Positions 25,420 to 39,800 of a stretch of 64,000 nucleotides of DNA are shown piece after piece. A model generated the notes under the pieces. It made no database searches. It was not told the DNA's origin and saw nothing but the letters and a program-made list of their open reading frames with translations. The first letter of the stretch is position 1. Every line of letters starts with the position of its first letter. A program made the position numbers and the translations under genes. Location: NCBI GenBank assembly GCA_965644265.1, contig OZ286472.1:53010001-53074000 (forward strand), written 5' to 3'. This DNA comes from Glycera tridactyla (taxonomy: Eukaryota).

Positions 25420-28400
25420 CACTAGATGTCATTTTCCCATCATCGGTTTTCATCATGAGCAACAGTATCGAGGCCTCAGTGATCCAGCAACATGAACTGC
25501 TGAGCTGATAGATTCTTGCTGAGACTGCATTTTACTGGAGCCCACAGATGATGCGGCACAATGACCCATTTTCACATAGTCCCAGATTGGTCAAAGTAGT
25601 CCCCAGGATTGAACAGTGGCAGTTGAGGTTTTTCCCCGAAATATCAACCAGGCAGCTTCAGGGAAATCATGTCAGTCATGGTATGTAAGATATTGTGTTC
25701 GTATACAGAAGAATGATGGGACAATATTGTTCATATACAACTGGAAAAAATTCCAGTTGTTTATGGATGAGTGATGGGACTTTGAACTTCAGCTTTACAT
25801 TGCACAGATTCCAGAACCCAATCTAAGGTCAATTAATTCATGGCTAGAATTACAGACCAATTGTGAAATCAAAACTTTCTGAGAGGCAGTTTTGAAAATT
25901 TGAGACATGGGTCAACACTCACAAAACAAATTCCTCATCCTGGTTGATAAATGAAATTTGATGGTGTTGGGTATTTCTTTTTCAGTTTTCTTTCATTCAG
26001 ATAGCACCAAGAAACGCATATATGCCCATCATGCTGATCAGTCTTGATGTATTTATTGCGACTTGGACCTCATTGAGTTTGAGAAACTCATGAAAGATAC
26101 AAGAGTTATTTGAAAGGATATAACTATTGGATGAATCTCCATCATTAGCTACGTGCCTGATTTTTAACAGTCAGTATGGCTAAAGTCTTGTCAATTTCAT
26201 TAGCTGGATTAAAAAAGCTTTAGCCACTGGCTAACTGACTGATGGCTAATGCTAGCATAACCATCCATGCAAACAGCAGCTGCAAGTATCCAGAATGCTG
26301 GAAACTTTCACGGGCTTCTGCAAGCATGCATTGGAGTAAATGGCTGTATACACTAGTATTCAATATTAGTATCAATACATCAGGATTGACTTTGATGGAT
26401 TAATCAATTATAATTGGTGGTTAGTCAACACTGATAAAAGATAAAGTTGGTGACATCAGGGGTGGGGAATGTCATGGCATCAAAAGTGATGAAGCAACAG
26501 TTGATCTGTGAGAAGAGTCCCAGGATGCTGGAAAGTGAAAGATGGACAAATATATTCAAGATAATTATGAGTGGGACATGTTTGCCCTGAAAGCGATGTT
26601 CCTATTGATGATTTCCGTCTTACAAAAAATGTAATGCTATCAAATCAATTTCAACAAGACAGCTGACTAGACTAAAACTAAATTCAATCAATTGATATCT
26701 GAGCAAATCATTTTACCATGTCTCTCCTTCAGCAGTTGGGAATGGACATGGAGTACATGTAATGTGTTTTTCGTGACGGCCATCACAAATGAAATACACA
26801 TGGCCTTAAAAAAATTCAATCTGGTCTTTGTTACTGTGTCCTTGATTTAGACCTCATATGATGAGCAATTCATGCTGATAACATTATTGTTACTCATCAC
26901 TGCTACACATGACTCGCTTTACGTCATTGATTTTTTTCTTCTGTTCTTTTTTTATTTGATCGAAAACTGCCAGATCTAATAATGTATTATATATTACTTT
27001 ATACCAGATAAATGTCTCCCTATGTAATACCTTATTTAAATTTTCCATCATTCTCAGTATGATGTAAATTTAACCTACACTGTACCTAGGTCTGATTTCC
27101 ATTCGTTCTTTTGCTGTATACATGTACCCATTTAATCCAAGATTTTCTCATTATATTGAGTCAGCTTCGAATATCTACATTTGAGAAATAACTCATGTTG
27201 TTAGAAGACCTTCGTAACTTTTGCATTTGATTTAATAGGGATGATATAACCTGTGATAGTGCATCATGAATTTGTAGTTCCATGTTTGTAGCACATCACC
27301 CACCTTCTATTATATGTTCATGATCTGTGGTAAATCCTTCATCCTAATCAATGATATGGAATGGCAGAAACTATTTATTCTTGACAGTAACATTTAATTA
27401 CTATAAGAAGGAATGCATTTTGAAGGGGTGATTTGGGGCACTTCACATATTTTCCAAGATATTAATGGGCCACGATACCCCTATAATCATAGAAGTACAA
27501 TGATCTGTTGGTAAACTGAATGCATGCTGGATTCCCGGAGTTTGAGGATGATCATTTCCCTTTCCTTGAGGAGATGTATCATTCTTCAGTAAAATCTTCT
27601 GAGAAAGAAGTATATTAGGTGCTTGGTTCAGGGATGTGATAAACTTAGTACTAAATGATCTCTAAAAAGTGTGTGGAGAACAGTATTGTGCACTCTCAAT
27701 ATTTATGTATTTGTAGTCACCATTTCTGACCAAACCCATTGTAACATGCACTTGTGTCTGTGCATACCTTATCCTTAGAATTGAGATGAGCCCCAGTCAT
27801 CAATTACTATTAAATCAATTTTCATGACCAGGACCCAAAATGCTCCCTCTTCCTATGGTGCTATGTACATGTGAATTGCATGGGGGCAAGGGGAGAGTTT
27901 GTACAATTCATCGTGAACTGTTTCAAGGTAGTCAGGGGCCACAATTCCCCCTCCCTATGGATCAGTGAGACTCCCTCCTTTTTGAATGAACCAATCTTGA
28001 AATATTTTGGGAGGAAATGCTTCTCTTTCTCAAACATATCTGGGGAATAAAACAAATTCTGGAAACCCTGGATGTAATCCTGCAAGAAACTCAGAAGTCT
28101 GAACTATTATGGCGAACCTGCATTTAGTAGAAATGGCATGGGATGGGATATTTGAGTGCCGGCACCAAACATGTTCCTCAAGGCCAACAATCTTTGTGAA
28201 TATGTGAAGTGCTCTTGAGTCGCTCACTCGATAGCCCCCCACCCCCAGAGTATATGTGTGTTATCCAGAACCCTGGTACTGTAAAGAAACTCAACAGTTA
28301 TACATGGCAAGATCAAGATTTGTTCTTGATGAAGATTTTGAGCTTATGCACATATTGTGTAGACTGTTCTGGCTACTGAGTTGGTGCCTGGTACTGTACA

Positions 28401-30555
28401 AGAATAACAATTACGGATTATTTCTAGATGTGTGCAGATGACAGCAGGCTCCAATTATCTAGCAGGAAAAAAATACATATTTTTGCTGTACATTCATCAA
28501 CTAATGTATACATGTATGTCTAACCCAGTGATACATGTATATAGAATTCACTGAAATATTCTAGGATTTTTCATGGTTATGTTTTCCTTCGATCACCTTA
28601 TAATACATTGGTAGAATAGGGGAATGCTATCATAACCTTACTCTTGACATAATTGATTGATTTGACTTATTCCAGGTTGATTTTAGCCATGGGTATAAAA
28701 TAATATACCGAAGGACGAGGAGTCTGAATCATTTTGAAATGAAATCGTGGAAGTACCTGTATATTGATACTTTCTCCTTGTGGAATCTCAGTTCTACCAT
28801 TATTAGAAGTAGAGATGTACATATTGAATTGCAGCTATTTATCAAACAAGAGTCCTGGGCACACACAAGCTTCAAATAGATAGCAGTATAACCAGTTACT
28901 AATGTCTCAATAGGCAGGAATGAATCTGGCAGATAAATGATAACAGTATTATTACTATATTTCTTAAGGTTTATATTGTACATTTGTAACAAAATGCTGA
29001 ATTATCAAAATTCAATTCAGAGAAGACTTGCATGCGTCATGCTCATTTCAGGTGGGGATCAGATCCTTCGTATGGAAAATGAAAATTTCTTACTGCCTCA
29101 TGTTTGCTAGTTCATGTTGATAGGTGACTTGAATGAAATTCTGCCATGAGTATAATTAGACATGTACAGATTATGGCTCACTGAGCATTCATAACTTTCT
29201 ATGCAAAACAGCTGTCTTTTATATCAAATCATGCAGTGCCAAATGTGACTATTGTTGTTGTAGAACTCCATTATCAGAATCATAACTGCACTCGATACAC
29301 ATGCTGTTATTGTTGGCTTTTATGGCTTTCTTGATTTGACTAGGAATTTGTAAGTATGTATTTTGGTTGTGACTCAAACAACTCAGTTGAATAGTGATTA
29401 TATATTGTTATGTCAGCAAAAGAGAACTTCTTTGATCCAAGAATGTGACCTGTAATGTCAATTGTAAATTTTTTCATCAATGTGTGTGTGCATGCGTGCA
29501 TGTGTGTTGATATGTCCAGCAATATCACAAATTGCCCTCACATGTTGTTTTTTCGAGGACCTCTGGTCTCCATTAAGCCACAATTGAATGTCTGTCTCAT
29601 CAGTCATATGATTGACAAGTTTGTAAAATTATGATTTGGGCCAAATCATGTAGTCGAGTGTAGTCGAACCTGCTCTAGCGACCACCTCTATAAAAAGGCC
29701 ACCTGCCTAGAATAGCCACCCTGAACCGTGACCATGGTATGTTGTAAAGTGAATAATCTCTTCAAAGGTCACCTTTCTACAAAGACCACATTTTGGTGCT
29801 ATCAAGGATGTCCTTTGTTGACAGGTGTGACGATGTCTAGATCAAACTGGTGCATTCCATTGGTGACGATTGCAAAGATTTACCAGGTAGAAAAAGTTTG
29901 AAGGAATTGCCGGTATAAGATTGCATGGGGGAATTTCTCATATTTTTATCGGCTATGGGCCCAATATCAAGGCAATTAGGGACCACAATGGCCCCTAAAT
30001 CAACAAGGAGGCTGCATTTTGTCATCAAAGCAAACCCATATTATGGAGATATACCCTCTGCCCTCAATTTCGGAAATCCTGGATGCATCCCTGCAGTGTA
30101 ATGAATCTTCTCATAGTTATCATCATTAACCACTTCATGTTCAAGCCCCAGGCCTTTTGAATAGGTATTTCAGTGACAGGGGCGGGGGTTATTTCATGAG
30201 ACTTGTCCTTCAAAAGATATGTCACCATGGTGCTCAGTGAATTTCCAGCAAATGTATCTGTAGTTTCTCCATGTATATTCCTGTTAAGTTTTGCCCTCAG
30301 ATCTCACAAATCCTGCTGGAATTCTCAAGTAGGCTTCTTTTCTCATTTTCGCTGGCAGACTCGTGGCAAAATCTGGCAAAATCTACGGGATTAATTTGAA
30401 TATGAATTACGGTGAGCAGCATGACTTTCACATCTAACCCAGATTGATTTCATGAGGCTCATGCTGACATTGATTTCATGAATGTATTGAAGAAAAAAAA
30501 GATGTTCCTGCTTACTAAACCTTATTCTATGCCATCATAAAAGGGCTCTTCATCA

Positions 30556-30982
30556 CAGGGATGTGATTGGCTCACAAACAAAAACACTGAAAACCGGACC
30601 GGGAGCACTTACACTAAGATTTTGTGGATCAACAAACCCAAACATCTGGTGACTGAAGGCTACCAGAACTTCATACAAACATGGTGCTCTATCTCCACTA
30701 ATACTGGTCCGATTTTCATGATCTAAAAGCCAAAATACTCAACAGAGAAGGATCTTTGCTGTCATGTACACAGGGATGAAAGTCGCTATCATGAATAATA
30801 TCTGAAATCAGTCTTCATCCCGAATTGTAATTGAGATCAAAATATCTGAAAATGTGGGCTATCTATGCCAAAATATCTGAATTCAGATAATTATCTGAAA
30901 ACTTTCATCACTGTGTACATGGTTTGTTGATTGTCACCAAGAACACGGAAATCCGCGGATCCGCGGAAGAATCACATCCCTG
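30556..30982. mobile_element. 427-bp composite MITE, TIR CAGGGATGTGATT, 6-bp TSD TCATCA
   Basis: Perfect 13-bp TIR; TCATCA at 30550-55 and 30983-88; the first half is the reverse complement of part of 17579-17835. Confidence 0.7.
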
Positions 30983-32582
30983 TCATCATGAGATTCTCAT
31001 TTTCTCCACTCTGTCAGTCAGGTATGATATTGGTAAATTCAGCAAATGAATCCGATAATATCGTGAACTGCCATGAAATACCAGAATATACCGTGAAACC
31101 TTACTTCATGATCATCTGAAAGTCATTAAAAGTCAATGATAGAGAACATTATGGCCAGGTTTGGTATTCGAGTAGGTCACCATCTATTTCAACACGGTTC
31201 ACTTTATCACTTCAAAGTCTTGACACGGGCTGAAGCTTTTCTCCATTTTGGTAAAGAGGGTGACTTGAATTTGGCTAATTCAACTGAAGGGAATTTTTCA
31301 CAATTTTTTTCCCAGATGCATGTGTAAGTAGTGGAACCTGTGACAAGAGACCGCACTAAATCAATGTCAAGTAGGGAAGTTGCCCTGTGAAAGTGGTCTC
31401 CTGTCGGAGGCGGTCTCTTGTTGCAGGTTTCACTGTATGAATTCTCATGGGAAAATTAACGTACAAGTGATTCTGTGGAATGTCTTATAACCCCTGGTCT
31501 CTGATCAACATTTTGGGGGAATTTGCCTGAAGGAGATTTTACTTTCACAATATTTAAAATGAGCTATCTACTCGCAGCTTGCCTTCTAGACTAACATGTT
31601 ATTCACATGCACATGAAAGTGTATACAAAGTAAGTAATACATACATTCAATAGGATGTAGGCGAGGCTGTCTTTTATGACAAGCCATGGGTCTCACTCTG
31701 TATCTTTGATATATTCTGATTGTTTGTAGAAAGTTTACACTAGTATTTACTGGAAAACTGGTTGAATCAGTTTGCATTTATATCTTTATGCATTCATTGT
31801 TACAGTTGCCATTTTATGGAGGTATTAAAATGACATCAGCTGTGTTTAATTTGTGGTGTTTTGTTATTTCTTTTTGCACCTCGAATGATTGAAAAATGGA
31901 AGGTAGATCACAACTTCTACATATATATATCCAAATATAAGTAACAATTTGAAATTGCATGTCTGGTTGCCATTTTGTTGGGGCTCAATGATATTACCAT
32001 TTTTCGCCCCTATCAAGGATAATGTGCACATTAAGATTGGAGTCTGTGGCCCAAAGATTTAGAATTCATTGGAAGTTTAGAGCAAATCTTTTGGCCTATA
32101 TATTTATACTAAGCCTTTACTGTTACTAGACCTCTGCTGAAAGTAAACTACAACCAATATGTTTTAAGCAGCCACAAAAAGTGACTGTCTAGTACACATG
32201 GCGGTAAATACATGTAGCAGTTCTGAGGTCCATAATGTGAGTCATCTGCAAATATATACTCACAGTGTCAGTCATGAGGAGCTATGATTTGGTGATTCCC
32301 CACCTTCAAAGCATCACCAGAACACTGATATGTTGAGATGTCCTAGGCTCATTATGGGCAGGAGTGATCAGATGGCGAGTTCCACAAGTTTCTGAGTCAT
32401 TTGCTGTCACTCTCCTAGGGGTCACATTTGGCAAATGCATGGTTTGCAAATTCAAACGTGAAGTACTGATTGCAGTGTTGTGATTGGCTAATAACAAAAC
32501 CCCCTGAAAAGCTGATCAGAGGCACTTTCACCAAGAGTTTGTCAACCAAGAAACCCCAATGACTGCCAACAAATAGCTCAAA

Positions 32583-33850
32583 TTTTTATACCCTGCTCTT
32601 GAAAAACCAGGCTATCATAGTTTCACCTCCGGCATCCGTCTGTAGTACGTACATACATATGTATGTCCATCCGGTCACATGTCATGCAATAACCTTGGAT
32701 TGGCTGATCCAATCCTCAAAAAACTTCATATCTGTGATCCATGTAAAAATTGTATTAATATAATTTCTGTCCCCAAAGGTAAAGGTCACAGGAACTATCT
32801 ATAGATTTTCATAACAATCTAACTCAGGCTATCATTGATGGATATGGACCAAACTAATACAAAGTAATGACCCAAAAGTAGGACATCTCACTTTCAATGC
32901 GTGTGACCCTAGGTCGAAGGTCAATGTTACAGGAGCTATTTATAGATTTTCATATTTTACATAACTCAAGCTAGCATTGATGGATATTGACCAAACTTGT
33001 CCTGTTCTGATGAATCTTTGTTTCACGATACACCATTGAAATGCACAAATCACATGTACAGAAATCATCCGTCCTGTTACTCCACAAACTCCTGTAGGAA
33101 TATCACGCGGAGATTACAAAAGTAATAAACCAATAGCAGAACATCTCCCTCTCGATGCATGTGACCCTAGGTCAAAGGTCAAGTTCACAGGAACTATTTC
33201 ACATTTTATACAATAGCTCATGCTTCTATCAATCAACATGGACCAAACTACAGTGAAACCTGCAACGGACTGCCCTAAATGTCACAAAATATGGTCTCTC
33301 AAGAGGTGGTCTCTTGTCAGAGATATATTTGACTATGCCAAATAGGAAAGGTTCTGTCGAAAAGTGGTCTTCCATTGGAGATGGTCTCTAGTTGGAGGGT
33401 CTTATCATCTCCTTTTTGATGCAGGTGACCCCAGGTCAGAGGTCAAGGTGACGGTCTCAGGACAATTCACCGCGTATACCAATTCACCGCTGGTTTTTCT
33501 GGACGATTCACCGCCCGCATCAGAACATCCCTGGTCACCGTGTACATATCGGGAGATCAAACTGCTTGACACCTCTACTTCCAGTCCTGTTCACACCATC
33601 AAATATCGCTCCGATCTTAAGGTAACACACACCGTTGGAAAGATCCTGAGTTTAACTATATAAAGCTATGTTTAAATCGCCGGTAGCTGCAATATTAATC
33701 ATGCGCCACACGCCCAAAGAGGGAATATATCAGTTTATTGTCAATTATTATCGTCCATAACGTGGGCGGTGAATCGTCCAGGAGAACCGGCAGTGAATTT
33801 GCGCGGGCAGTGAATTGTCCATAGATCAAGGTCACAGGACCTGTCCTGTG
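32583..33850 (+). mobile_element. Second HINE copy with nested insertions (MITE B at 33251; small TIR element ~33460-33820)
   Basis: Same TTTTATACCCTGCTCTTGAAAAA start and GACCCTAGGTCAAAGGTCAAG units as 20556. Confidence 0.72.
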
Positions 33851-33940
33851 ACTCATTACCATCAGCAGTACAGAAATTATCCGACAATCCTGCTTCACAA
33901 AATAGTCTTTAATAAAATTAGGCATAAAAAAAGTTGCTCA

Positions 33941-34108
33941 NNNNNNNNNNNNNNNNNNNNNNNNNNNNNNNNNNNNNNNNNNNNNNNNNNNNNNNNNNNN
34001 NNNNNNNNNNNNNNNNNNNNNNNNNNNNNNNNNNNNNNNNNNNNNNNNNNNNNNNNNNNNNNNNNNNNNNNNNNNNNNNNNNNNNNNNNNNNNNNNNNNN
34101 NNNNNNNN
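33941..34108. other. Assembly gap (168 N)
   Basis: Run of N. Confidence 1.
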
Positions 34109-34191
34109 TTTTACAAAACAAATATGGATACATATTTTTTAGAGATAAGGTCTGGATAGATTCAAACGAGTGAATTGATTAGATCTAGATA

Positions 34192-36132
34192 CCGTAAATG
34201 ACGTAATAATCGCCCATGCTTCAATAAACGCCCATCCCCCCAAAATGGACCTGACCCCCTGCCAGAAGAAAGTTCCTTTTAATCGCCCAGTCTGTTGTTC
34301 CTTGCTGGGCAGGTCATATAACTTCAAAGTACCTACCCACATACTGAATGGTCAATCATCCCGTCTGGGAAAGCTGACATAATGATCTCTCTCACCGGGG
34401 CCGCATGTTTCATGGCATGCGTACTGCACATCTGTTCACCCTGTCAGTCAAATCAGATGCCCCACCCCTTGAATGGTTTATTGAGATATGATTGGCTGGA
34501 TGATCGGGCCTGAATTTTACATTATGATCTCATATCAAAGCACTCATAATTAAATAAAGATGATCAAACACAACCAATCTATCACTTTCATCACATTTGA
34601 TCTATCAGTACAGGCAAAATTGTATGATTGGATGGTGAATACAATAATGAATTTAACTTCAAATGAAATAGGTTTCTGACAATTTTGCACCTGTCATCCC
34701 CTAATGCTTGGAATGGCCTGGTCCTTCAGTCCATTGGCAAGTGCCATTAATTCTTTAAGGGGGTGGGAGGGTCTCCACCATTCCAAACACCTGCACCGTG
34801 GGAAGGTGGAGGGGGTCAGTCTCCAACTTCTTGGGTGGCAGTGGACAGGTACCCAGCCCTTTGTCTGGAGTTATCATGGTGTTTCCTGTGTTTGTTCTCT
34901 ATTACGAAGTGGTTCAGTCAGACAATCACTCAACATGAAGATGGATTGAAGCTGGTTGCGGAATAAAGGTTCCACTGTACATTCTTTCCATTGAGTCTCA
35001 CAATTCTCCTTCATATATTTTTCTACTTGGGAATATGGTATATCAGGAAATCTTATTTCAAATTTTGGAATTGAAAAGTTTTAATGATCAGAATCTCCCA
35101 GAATTTTCAAATCATTATGTGTAACTTCAGCCAAATTGTGAGATGAAGCGTGGGAATTGCAATTAATTGGAGTCGGGTATGGGAACGGAAGGGGGAGGGG
35201 GGCAGGCGGAAGTCTGCTCTGATACCACCTGCTCTGATTATACACTGGCCAGTGGGGGTCGAGATGGCGGGGAAAGTCGGGGTGATTAACCCTTTGCTGC
35301 ATGAAAGCCACTACGTTTGGGGCCATTTTTCACATAAACATGTCGCGAGAGCGCTTCCTGCTAGCATTGAAGGCCATGACGTGTGAGCTGTCACTTGCAT
35401 GCATTCACACGACGAGCCAGGGAAGAACGTAAGAAATAAGCGTTTCTTCATAGGCACCCTACACTAGCGATAATGGTCAGAAACTTACCAAAAAATTTGC
35501 CTCAGTAGATTGGAGGATGCTTAAGACGATGGTTACCTCGGATTTTCGATAGGACATGTATAAATTGTATTGGGAAGCCGGCAAACATGGGGTGTATCAC
35601 GGGAAAAAATGATGGTTGCACTGAAAAATCACGACTTCGACGGCTTGTCGCTCACATCACGCGAGAAGTATAAGTAATATTGGAATGAATTTCATACCAA
35701 ACGAATCCTGAGAATATTGCACAGTGTACTGCGCAAACGGTTTGACTCTATATCGTATAGTTTTCTCGTGATGGCGAGGTGAAAAATTTGCGTCGCGAGC
35801 AAAAGTGAGTGAAAATCAAGATGGCGCCGGTTGACTAACCCGTGTTTGTTCTGGACTCCTCATCTTCCGTTGCGAAATTTGACAATATATATTCATCTGA
35901 CCGCTAAAATACGTATACCAATCGATTCTATGGCGCTGAAATATGATAGTTTGAATGATAAATCCAGGAAATACGACGTATATTGCTTGAAAATCCATGG
36001 TGAAGACGAGTACCCATCACACACCATCGAAAATCTTTCACGGAGATGGTTGTAATAAATGCCCCCCCCCCCCCCTGTTCACCCAGTGTGAATCCTAATA
36101 AACGCCCAGGGTGATTATTACGTCATTTACGG
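34192..36132. mobile_element. 1.94-kb non-autonomous Tc1/mariner (pogo-like) element
   Basis: 24-bp TIR CCGTAAATGACGTAATAATC(G/A)CCC; TA flanks at 34190-91 and 36133-34; internal AATAAACGCCC repeats; no transposase recognised. Confidence 0.85.
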
Positions 36133-36580
36133 TACCTTGATTCTGCCAGTTTCCATCTGAAGTACAGTATGTTTGAAAATGAGCATTTTAGATTCTGTTG
36201 ATGTCATTCAAAATAGTGTCCGGTACATGTACAAACCACAAACATCTAACAGGATGAGGTCGGCCTCATCCAACAAATATGTCATACTTCAAAAGGAATG
36301 ACAAAAATTCAATACTCATGGTATTCAGCAGGGCTGCATCTACACTCATTGGTTGATCCAAAATGATGATATTCTGACTTGTAAATTCTACCAGTATGAA
36401 ACAGAATTAAGAATCCTCAAGTAAAAAATTCACAGTATTCAATGAGATCCATCCCAAAATATTGTGACAAATCCACCAAGATGTTTGATACTAAGGAGAT
36501 CATCATCTGATGTTCTACACATGTTCTCACTGCACCAATTCTGTCATGATCTGATTGGCAGCAGTCAAGCAAGGAGGCCA

Positions 36581-36876
36581 CTAGTGTCCGTCAGTCATTG
36601 AATGACTCCTCTGCATTGCTGTGTTCTCATTCAGTGATATCATTCGCTGAGCACCTTGTGATGGCATTGGTTGAGACATACCACGCTGCATGGCTGTCAC
36701 ACTCTCTGGTAATGCACCCCGCTGACCCTGTTGTCCCACTGCCGGACGCATACCTCGCAAATGATCAGCTCGTAATCGTTCAAGCTCTTGCAAGCGACTT
36801 CGCATATGTTCCACACGATGAAATGCCATCTGACGATCTTTTTGCACAGCATAACTGGAGCCTTCATGGGGCTGGC
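36581..36876 (-). CDS. MED11: MED11 exon 3 (QPHEGSSY... plus C-terminal extension)
   Basis: ttttcag| acceptor; open to the stop at 36581-36583. Confidence 0.95.
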
Positions 36877-39800
36877 CTGAAAATGGTTCAAATCAATGAA
36901 TATAATTAGTGCACATCAAATTAATCTGACCTCTTGGATAACTATCAATCAGCCTATGGACTTTTCCAAAATGTTTATTTGTATGCAACATAGATCTAGT
37001 CACCACTCACTAGTCCATACAGGCTGATTTTAAGTGACTGCAATAGAAAAATAGCATTTACCCCCAAAATTCATTGGATGAAAAATCAATTGTAGATTGG
37101 TTTGTTTTCTAGAGTTGAGGTTCAATGGCATGATTCAACCCAGAGGATTATGTGAAGCTGTGAACAGTCCCATGCAGGTAACACAAGCCTAGAGCTCCAC
37201 ATGATGGAGAACCTCAAAGGTAAAGTGGCAGTAGGTGACTGTCCAGACATCACTCAACCTATCTGACAATGACAATGACAATGACAATGACAATGACAAT
37301 GACAAATCTTTATTTTGATAGGCGAATACAGCATTACATACAAGCAATAATATCACATATGTTTCAAGCATTCAGATCAAGACCTGGTTTGCTGCTGCGA
37401 CCTATGTGCCTTGTATATCTAAGTCAGTATTCCACCGGGTGGATAAGGTAAGATGGGGTTCATACTTAAATATCAGTATCGGATGTCACAATGTGGAACC
37501 AGGGTATACTCAGATCGACCACAAAACTGGTGTACTTCATTTGAAGAACAATTCAGCTGCTATTTCATACATTTACATTTTCTGCCAATTTTCTATTGAA
37601 ATATGCCTTATCAATGATAATGTACTGAACATAACAAACACAATCAATGTTCGATGGCTAAATTTTGTTCTGTTGCTCCTGCTAACTCAGTTGAACTAAC
37701 CACTTAATGTGTTATGTCAGCTCTGTGGGTTGTACTAAAGTGTTTACAATCTGTTCACAAAACTAAATGAAATACCTTCTAATTAGATCTTTACTACCTT
37801 CCAGATGTGGCTGTCACCTTTGATAGCATAGTCTATTTCCAGTTTCTAATCTTCATGTTTCATTTGTCTGGTTGCAGATCGTGCATACAATATGGACCTG
37901 GCTGACAACTAGTGTGTGCACATATTCCATGTGTTATGAGGGCACTCCGGAATGAGCTAATGTGTACATCCTGTTACCAACTACTGCTGATGGAAACAAT
38001 GAAGTCTTTCACAGACTTTCTTATATGAATCATACAGAGAATAGTCTCTTATACCTGCCTTTAAAAGTAGCCAATTTCTCTGAGTTTCTGAGCCCTAGTG
38101 GGAGAGAATTCCATATTATAGCTCCATTGACACTTATTGCTGATCTTCCTAATGCTGTTCTACACCTGGGTACAATGAAATCATTGTTCGCTGAAGCCCT
38201 TGTAAAAACATCGTGTCTCATGTGCAATCTTTCAAATTTTTCCAACAATACCTTGTATTTCAAAATATCCTTAGCCACCTTGAACATGAGTATTGCCAGG
38301 TGTTTGAGTCGTCTGTCTGCAAGGGGTGATATCTTCAATTCCTCATGCATCCAACTAGTGCTGGTATATTTATTGCCACGAAGAATGCATCTACAAGCAG
38401 AGTTCTGTAGAACCTGGAGGCGCTCAAGGTTATTCAAAGAGGTATACATGTATATAGTGTCTCCATAGTCGAAATGCGGGAGCACTAATGATTTATAAAG
38501 CATGAGGGCTGTTTTTTTCATTTATGAATTGTCTAATGTATTTTAATGCCCACAATTTCTTCTTTGTTTTCTTACATAGTTGCTCAATATGGTTATTGAA
38601 GTTCAGATGATGGTCGAGAGTTATCCCCAGATATTTAAAACTTTCCACTTGCTCTATGAATTCACCCACCATTTTCAAATTCAATTTGGTCTGCCCCTTA
38701 TAAGCTTTCGATTTGAATAGCATTGATTTAGTTTTCTTTACATTTAGCGTTAACTTGTTGGCGGCCATCCAGTTGCTGATTGAATCTAGCTCCCCCTGCA
38801 GGACGGTTTCAATCTCTGTCAAATCATTGCTGTGGAAATAAATGGCAGTATCATCTGCATATAGTATAGCTTTCCCATAGGACAACATCATAGGTAAATC
38901 ATTTATAAAAATCACAAACAACAATGGACCCAAAATAGACCCCTGAGGAACCCCGAAAGCAATGTTCATCGGCTTAGATAAACCTTCCCTGAATTTAGTC
39001 ACTTGGGTTCGATTTCGAAGGTAGGATCTGAACCAGGCGTTCGCACTGCCGACCACTCCATATTCACTCAGTTTGTCACATAAGATACTATGGTCGACAG
39101 TGTCGAACGCCTTTTTCAGATCCAGAAACACCATACCGGTGAGTTTCTTTTCATCAAGAGACCTGTATATGTCATCCAATACACTGAGACAGCAAGTTAT
39201 AGTCGAATGACCCTTTCTGAAACCTGATTGGTTAGGGTCAAACAACATATTATGATCAAAGAAGTCGTAGAGCTGGTCATGAATCACTCTCTCTAAGATT
39301 TTTCCCATGACAGGTATGACTGATATTGGGCGATAATTGCCCGGTTCGTTTCTGTCACCTTCTTTGAATAAGGGTGTAACTTTGGCTGTTTTCCAGTCAC
39401 TGGGTATCACATGGCACCTAATTGAACAATTAATGATATGGGTTATTGGTTCAGATATGATGTCAGCAGCATACTTGATGAACCTCGTGTTTATCCCATC
39501 AAGCCCTGTTGCCTTTGCCATGTTGAGACTTTTCAACAATTTCTTGATTTCAACCTCACTGACTGCTCTGAAAGAAAAAATATTGCCATTTGCAGTTAGT
39601 CTTGGGAGCTCGTTTCTATTCATTTCAGGTATCTCTCCAGCAAGTTTGGAACCAACAGTGCAAAACATGGTGTTGAACTCGTTGGCTATATCTTCATCAT
39701 TACTTTTACCATTTATCACAACATTTGATTGACCACTTTTATTTTTGGCTGGGAGCAGTTTTCAAATTGTCTGCCATAATTTCTTCATATCCCCTTCATT

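Noticed and set aside
37962-39732. Plus-strand ORFs of 168 and 131 aa
   Set aside because: Antisense shadows of LINE RT.
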